64,000 nucleotides of DNA, taken from Candidatus Ratteibacteria bacterium. GTDB taxonomy: Bacteria; Ratteibacteria; UBA8468; B48-G9; DTJG01. Position 1 is the first letter of the stretch, and each line of letters opens with the position of its first letter. Below, piece by piece: positions 60,597-64,000 of the stretch. The stretch covers positions 79,382 to 143,381 of the forward strand of contig JBBADJ010000001.1 in assembly GCA_041656495.1 (NCBI GenBank), written 5' to 3'. The notes below the pieces were generated by a model. It saw nothing but the letters and a program-made list of their open reading frames with translations. It was not told the origin of the DNA and did not search any database. The position numbers were made by a program, and so were the translations under genes.

Positions 60597-61495
60597 GCGC
60601 CATACTCCTCTCTTCTCCGGCAAAAATTAATCTCTTCCTTGAAATTACCGGTAGACGTTCCGATGGTTACCATACACTCTGTTCTTTGGTAGATCTTATC
60701 TCTCTCCATGATACAATTAAGCTAACTCCCGCCTCTCAATTTACGGTTTCCTTTGAAAGCCCATGGAGAATCCCCTCTGAGAATAGTGTTACAAAAACAG
60801 TTCGCCTTATTGAATCCCTTGCATCTTCAAAAGCATCTCTTCCCCGATACGCTCTTCGCATCACGAAAAGAATTCCTCCTGGAAGTGGTATGGGAGGAGG
60901 AAGCAGTAATGCGGCATCTATCTTAAAATTTTTCAATACCCATTGGAACCTCGGCCTTGATAAAAAGAGCCTGTTTCAAAGAGGCACCACTATTGGCGCC
61001 GATGTTCCTCTCTTTTTGCATGGCAGACAATCTATCATAACAGGAATCGGAGAGACCATTCATCCCTTACCCGCCCCCTTTCATCTTTCTTATCTTATTT
61101 TTGTTCCAGCCTTTGAAGTTTCTACAAAAAAAGTCTATGAGACTCTTTCTCTCAAAAATTATGTAAATTTGACAACAGCCCGCGAGAACATTACAATTTT
61201 ATTGAATTTTTTATGGAAAAACAAAATCACAGAAGCGCAGTGCCGTATGTTCAACAGACTTGAGGAGCCAAGTATGCGCGTAAGAAAGGAACTTGCGGCT
61301 ACTCGCACTATGCTCCAACAAACCTTTCATTCTCCCTTTTTTCTTACTGGAACAGGAGGCGCACTTTTTTCTATATTTCCTAATGACTATGTTCTGCCCG
61401 CAAGCCATCCTAAGGAAGTAATGTCATGGCAAAGATATGCTGCATCCAGCGAACCTTGCACCATAGACAAGGAGGAATTCAATGGAAATAACTGA
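60593..61495 (+). CDS. ispE: 4-diphosphocytidyl-2-C-methyl-D-erythritol kinase
   Basis: PAKINLFLEITGRRSDGYH N-terminus; GHMP kinase motif PPGSGMGGGSSNAA. Confidence 0.85.
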   Translation: MSAILLSSPAKINLFLEITGRRSDGYHTLCSLVDLISLHDTIKLTPASQFTVSFESPWRIPSENSVTKTVRLIESLASSKASLPRYALRITKRIPPGSGMGGGSSNAASILKFFNTHWNLGLDKKSLFQRGTTIGADVPLFLHGRQSIITGIGETIHPLPAPFHLSYLIFVPAFEVSTKKVYETLSLKNYVNLTTARENITILLNFLWKNKITEAQCRMFNRLEEPSMRVRKELAATRTMLQQTFHSPFFLTGTGGALFSIFPNDYVLPASHPKEVMSWQRYAASSEPCTIDKEEFNGNN

Positions 61496-61919
61496 AACGC
61501 GGATATCTCTGATCCACAAAGCAGACAGTCGCCTCCGGGCTTATGCATCGGTTACATTTGATCATTCTTTCGTCGTCAGAGAAATACGGATCATTGAAGG
61601 GAAAAACGGCCTTTTTGTTGCCATGCCAAGCAGAAAAACACAAAAATCTTGTATAAAATGTGGTTTTAAAAACTCTGTCAGCAATAAATTTTGCGGCAAC
61701 TGCGCAACATCAATCTCTCCTACAAAAGGAGTAAAACTTCTTGCTTCTCAGCAACATAAAGATATTGCGCATCCAATCAATACAGAATTTAGAGAGTATC
61801 TTCAGAATAAAATTTTAATAGAGTATGAAGAGCAAAAAACAACCGCACCTGTAACAACTCCCGAAGAAAGAGAAAAAACAGAAGGAATAGAAGAAATAGA
61901 AGAACAGCCCATAGAGTAG
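61482..61919 (+). CDS. spoVG: SpoVG-family nucleic-acid-binding protein containing an inserted C4 zinc-ribbon
   Basis: MEITETRISLI ... AYASVTFDHSFVVREIRIIEGKNGLFVAMPSRKT ... DIAHPIN matches the SpoVG core. A CIKCGF-x9-CGNC segment is inserted where canonical SpoVG has PDGEFR. Confidence 0.8.
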   Translation: MEITETRISLIHKADSRLRAYASVTFDHSFVVREIRIIEGKNGLFVAMPSRKTQKSCIKCGFKNSVSNKFCGNCATSISPTKGVKLLASQQHKDIAHPINTEFREYLQNKILIEYEEQKTTAPVTTPEEREKTEGIEEIEEQPIE

Positions 61920-61940
61920 GGGGCTGATTCTAAAACAGGA

Positions 61941-62011
61941 TGCCCGGTGGTGTAATGGTAACACACCGGTCTTTGGAGCCGTGGTTCGAGGTTCGAATCC
62001 TCGCCGGGCAG
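61941..62011 (+). tRNA. tRNA-Gln (anticodon UUG)
   Basis: Manual fold: acceptor TGCCCGG/CCGGGCA with U1-A72 as in bacterial tRNA-Gln; D-arm GTGT/ACAC; anticodon loop CTTTGGA (U33, anticodon TTG, G37); T-arm CGAGG-TTCGAAT-CCTCG; discriminator G; CCA not encoded. Confidence 0.8.
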
Positions 62012-62760
62012 CATATATATATATATTACTTCTTCTGAGAGAGGATTCGAAAGGAGCGAAGTGGAAAGATTGCGAGTGAGCGCAGCAATCTTCGCGAATG
62101 GCCGACCCCGAACGTTCCGAAAGTGAGGGGCGCCGATCCTCGCCGGGCAGCATATATATATATATATTACTTCTTCTGAGAGAGGATTCGAAAGGAGCGA
62201 AGTGGAAAGATTGCGAGTGAGCGCAGCAATCTTCGCGAATGGCCGACCCCGAACGTTCCGAAAGTGAGGGGCAGCTGATCCTCGCCGGGCAGCATATATA
62301 TATATATATTACTTCTTCTGAGAGAGGATTCGAAAGGAGCGAAGTGGAAAGATTGCGAGCGAGCGCAGCAATCTTCGCGAATGGCCGACCCCGAACGTTC
62401 CGAAAGTGAGGGGCGCCGATCCTCGCGGAGCAGCATATATATATATATATTACTTCTTCTGAGAGAGGATTCGAAGAGAACGAAGTCAGGCAATCCGACG
62501 AAGAGGCAGGATTGCCAGCGAGTGGCCGACCTGAGCCGTATCGAAAACCGAGGCTTGTTTGTAACTTACATACCACACCCGGTATAACTTGAGCCGAGGT
62601 GGTGCGTCATACCAAACTTAACATGACGGTGAAGCACCAGGCAAGGCGCCGCACCTACGACCACTCTTCTTTGGAATTCCTTTGGAAGAGGATGTGCGTA
62701 ACGTATTTCAGCCGCACAATCCTCGCGGAGCAGCATATATATATTACTTTTCCTCACCAC
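61997..62760 (+). repeat. Tandem array of 139-142-bp direct repeats, each beginning with the 17-nt 3' end of tRNA-Gln (ATCCTCGCCGGGCAGCA) followed by a variable (AT)5-8 tract. Four tandem copies and one distal copy
   Basis: 17-mer copies at 61997, 62136, 62278, 62419 (variant CGCGGAGCAG) and 62719. The unit body is near-identical and contains the palindromes TTCGAA, TTCGCGAA and GAACGTTC. Confidence 0.85.
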
Positions 62761-62783
62761 CAACCTTATATAGGCAGAGAAAA

Positions 62784-63536
62784 ATGAACGAACCCTTAGG
62801 AATAGTAATACTTGCGGCAGGAAAAGGAAAACGGCTTGGAGGACAAAAACAAAAAACCATCCAAAAACTTCAGAATAAAAGCCTCCTTCACTATCTCTTT
62901 GACACCATTCTACAGCTTCATCCTGAAAAAATCGTGGTCGTTGTTGGCCACAAAAAAGAGGATGTAATAGAAGAACTAAAAGGGTTTCCCGTTATCTTCG
63001 TAGAACAGACAGAACTTGCGGGAACCGGAAATGCGGTTCTTATAACTCGCCTCGCATTTGAGAACTTTTCAGGAACCATTCTTGTCATGTGCGGAGATAC
63101 TCCATTTCTTTCCACTGAAACATTGCGAAACCTTCGCACAACCCATATCAATAGCAATGCATCCTGCACTATTCTTACCGCCAAAGTAGAAGAACCAAAA
63201 GGATATGGGAGAATAGCACGAAACGATTTAGGCGGCATTGTCCGTATCGTAGAAGAATTGAATGCCACTGAAAAAGAAAGGGAAATTAATGAGATCAATA
63301 CAGGAGTGTACCTCTTTAAGGCTCAAGATCTCTTCTTCTTCCTTCCCCAAATAGAGCGCAATCCACTCAAACAAGAATATTATCTTACTGATATTGTGGA
63401 ACTTATGAGCAATGCGGGAAAGACCATCACAACCTGCATCACATCTTCTCCGGAAGAAACTCTTGGCATTAATACCTTGGAAGATTTACAGAAAGCAGAA
63501 ACGTACCTTCGCAAAAAAAAGGCGGTGAACCCATGA
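62784..63536 (+). CDS. glmU: Sugar-1-phosphate nucleotidyltransferase corresponding to the GlmU N-terminal (uridyltransferase) domain only; the LbH acetyltransferase domain is absent
   Basis: [13 protein letters not shown] nucleotide-binding motif, about 250 aa, ending before any hexapeptide-repeat region; ATGA overlap with prs. Confidence 0.7.
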   Translation: MNEPLGIVILAAGKGKRLGGQKQKTIQKLQNKSLLHYLFDTILQLHPEKIVVVVGHKKEDVIEELKGFPVIFVEQTELAGTGNAVLITRLAFENFSGTILVMCGDTPFLSTETLRNLRTTHINSNASCTILTAKVEEPKGYGRIARNDLGGIVRIVEELNATEKEREINEINTGVYLFKAQDLFFFLPQIERNPLKQEYYLTDIVELMSNAGKTITTCITSSPEETLGINTLEDLQKAETYLRKKKAVNP

Positions 63537-64000
63537 ACAACTGTGTACTTGTATCAGGAAACGCCAATCTATCACTGGCGAAAAAAATCGCGGATTATCT
63601 CAATAAACCGCTTGCAACAATCAATATCTCTCGTTTTTTTGATGGTGAGGTATCTGTTCAAATAGAAGAAAATATCAGGGGAAAAGATATCTTTTTTATC
63701 CAACCCACAAGTCCGCCAGTAAATGAGAACCTAATGGAACTACTCGTTATTCTTGATGCAATACGGCGCGCTTCTCCAAAACGACTTACTGTAGTTATCC
63801 CTTATTATGGATATGCTCGCCAAGATCGGAAAGATAGACCAAGGGTTCCTATTACCGCAAAACTTGTTGCAAACCTTTTGGTTGCCGCAGGCGCACAGAG
63901 AATCCTTGCAATGGATCTTCATGCGCCCCAAATTCAGGGATTTTTTGATATTCCGGTTGATCATCTCTTTGCCGCGCCTGTATTGACCAATTATCTGAAA
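63533..64000 (+). CDS. prs: Ribose-phosphate pyrophosphokinase (3' end lies outside the window)
   Basis: [23 protein letters not shown] ... [18 protein letters not shown], typical PRPP synthetase N-terminal half; the ORF is still open at the window end. Confidence 0.9.
   Translation, partial: MNNCVLVSGNANLSLAKKIADYLNKPLATINISRFFDGEVSVQIEENIRGKDIFFIQPTSPPVNENLMELLVILDAIRRASPKRLTVVIPYYGYARQDRKDRPRVPITAKLVANLLVAAGAQRILAMDLHAPQIQGFFDIPVDHLFAAPVLTNYLK

Noticed and set aside
61918-61940. GGGGGCTGATTCT immediately after the spoVG stop codon, identical to the conserved 5' end of tmRNA (GGGGCUGAUUCU...)
   Set aside because: No complementary 3' acceptor strand (AGCCCCC+ACCA) or tmRNA-type T-arm follows. 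The adjacent tRNA-like structure is a complete tRNA-Gln with its own anticodon arm. No tag-peptide reading frame ending in ALAA-stop was found. It could be a tmRNA remnant, but the sequence alone does not support a functional ssrA.
62027-62045. CTGAGA motif in each repeat unit reminiscent of the TPP riboswitch core
   Set aside because: The other TPP-riboswitch conserved elements (GGGGUGCCC ... ACCCUUUGAACCUGAUC) are absent.
61815-62576. 253-aa and 108-aa minus-strand ORFs across the tRNA-linked tandem repeats
   Set aside because: The peptide shows the same DNA repeat translated in shifting frames (periods 139, 142 and 141 nt) and there is no RBS. It is an artefact of repetitive, stop-poor sequence.
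61997-62760. The tandem repeat array could be a CRISPR array
   Set aside because: The units are about 140 bp with nearly identical bodies and no short unique spacers, and there are no cas genes in the window.

Overview
This 64-kb window looks like a chromosomal core segment of a Gram-negative-type (diderm) bacterium. GC is moderate and genes are tightly packed, often with overlapping stop/start codons. The mix of many DUF1559 pilin-like proteins, archaeal-type LeuCD and split GMP synthase, V-type ATPase genes and LPS genes suggests a PVC/Omnitrophota-like uncultured lineage. This is inference only.

Content in order:
- 3' part of dnaK with a rho-independent terminator.
- An IS110-family element, inserted directly upstream of a prepilin/DUF1559 gene.
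- An orphan V-type ATPase B and D gene pair.
- purM, a LeuD-like small subunit plus IDH-family dehydrogenase pair, and purA.
- A 971-aa secreted protein.
- ilvB, ilvN, ilvC.
- thpR-recA, a Gfo/Idh/MocA oxidoreductase, htrA, recX, alaS, a sigma-70-family factor, and apt.
- asd, bioY and a complete leuA-leuC-leuD-leuB operon on the minus strand.
- A His-rich lipoprotein.
- A Wood-Ljungdahl methyl-branch / C1-folate cluster: fchA, folD, a MetV::RnfC-like fusion, a second metV, metF and fhs.
- cca, a HIT-family gene and a PHP/Zn-ribbon (EndoQ-like) gene.
- lpxK, a split GMP synthase ATP-PPase subunit, and a lipid A-core glycosyltransferase cluster ending in msbA.
- feoB-feoA, tsaB, lepB, grpE, ispE, and a SpoVG carrying a zinc-ribbon insertion.
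- tRNA-Gln(UUG), then a tandem array of ~140-bp repeats seeded by the tRNA 3' end with variable (TA)n tracts.
- A structured 250-bp unique insert, a GlmU N-terminal-domain-only nucleotidyltransferase, and the 5' part of prs.

Start codons: the supplied ORF track marks M at non-ATG start codons (TTG/GTG) as well as ATG. Where an in-frame ATG preceded by a ribosome-binding site (RBS) lies downstream of a TTG, I used the ATG (as I read the sequence): ilvB, ilvN, ilvC, recA, alaS, asd, lepB, grpE, msbA and others.
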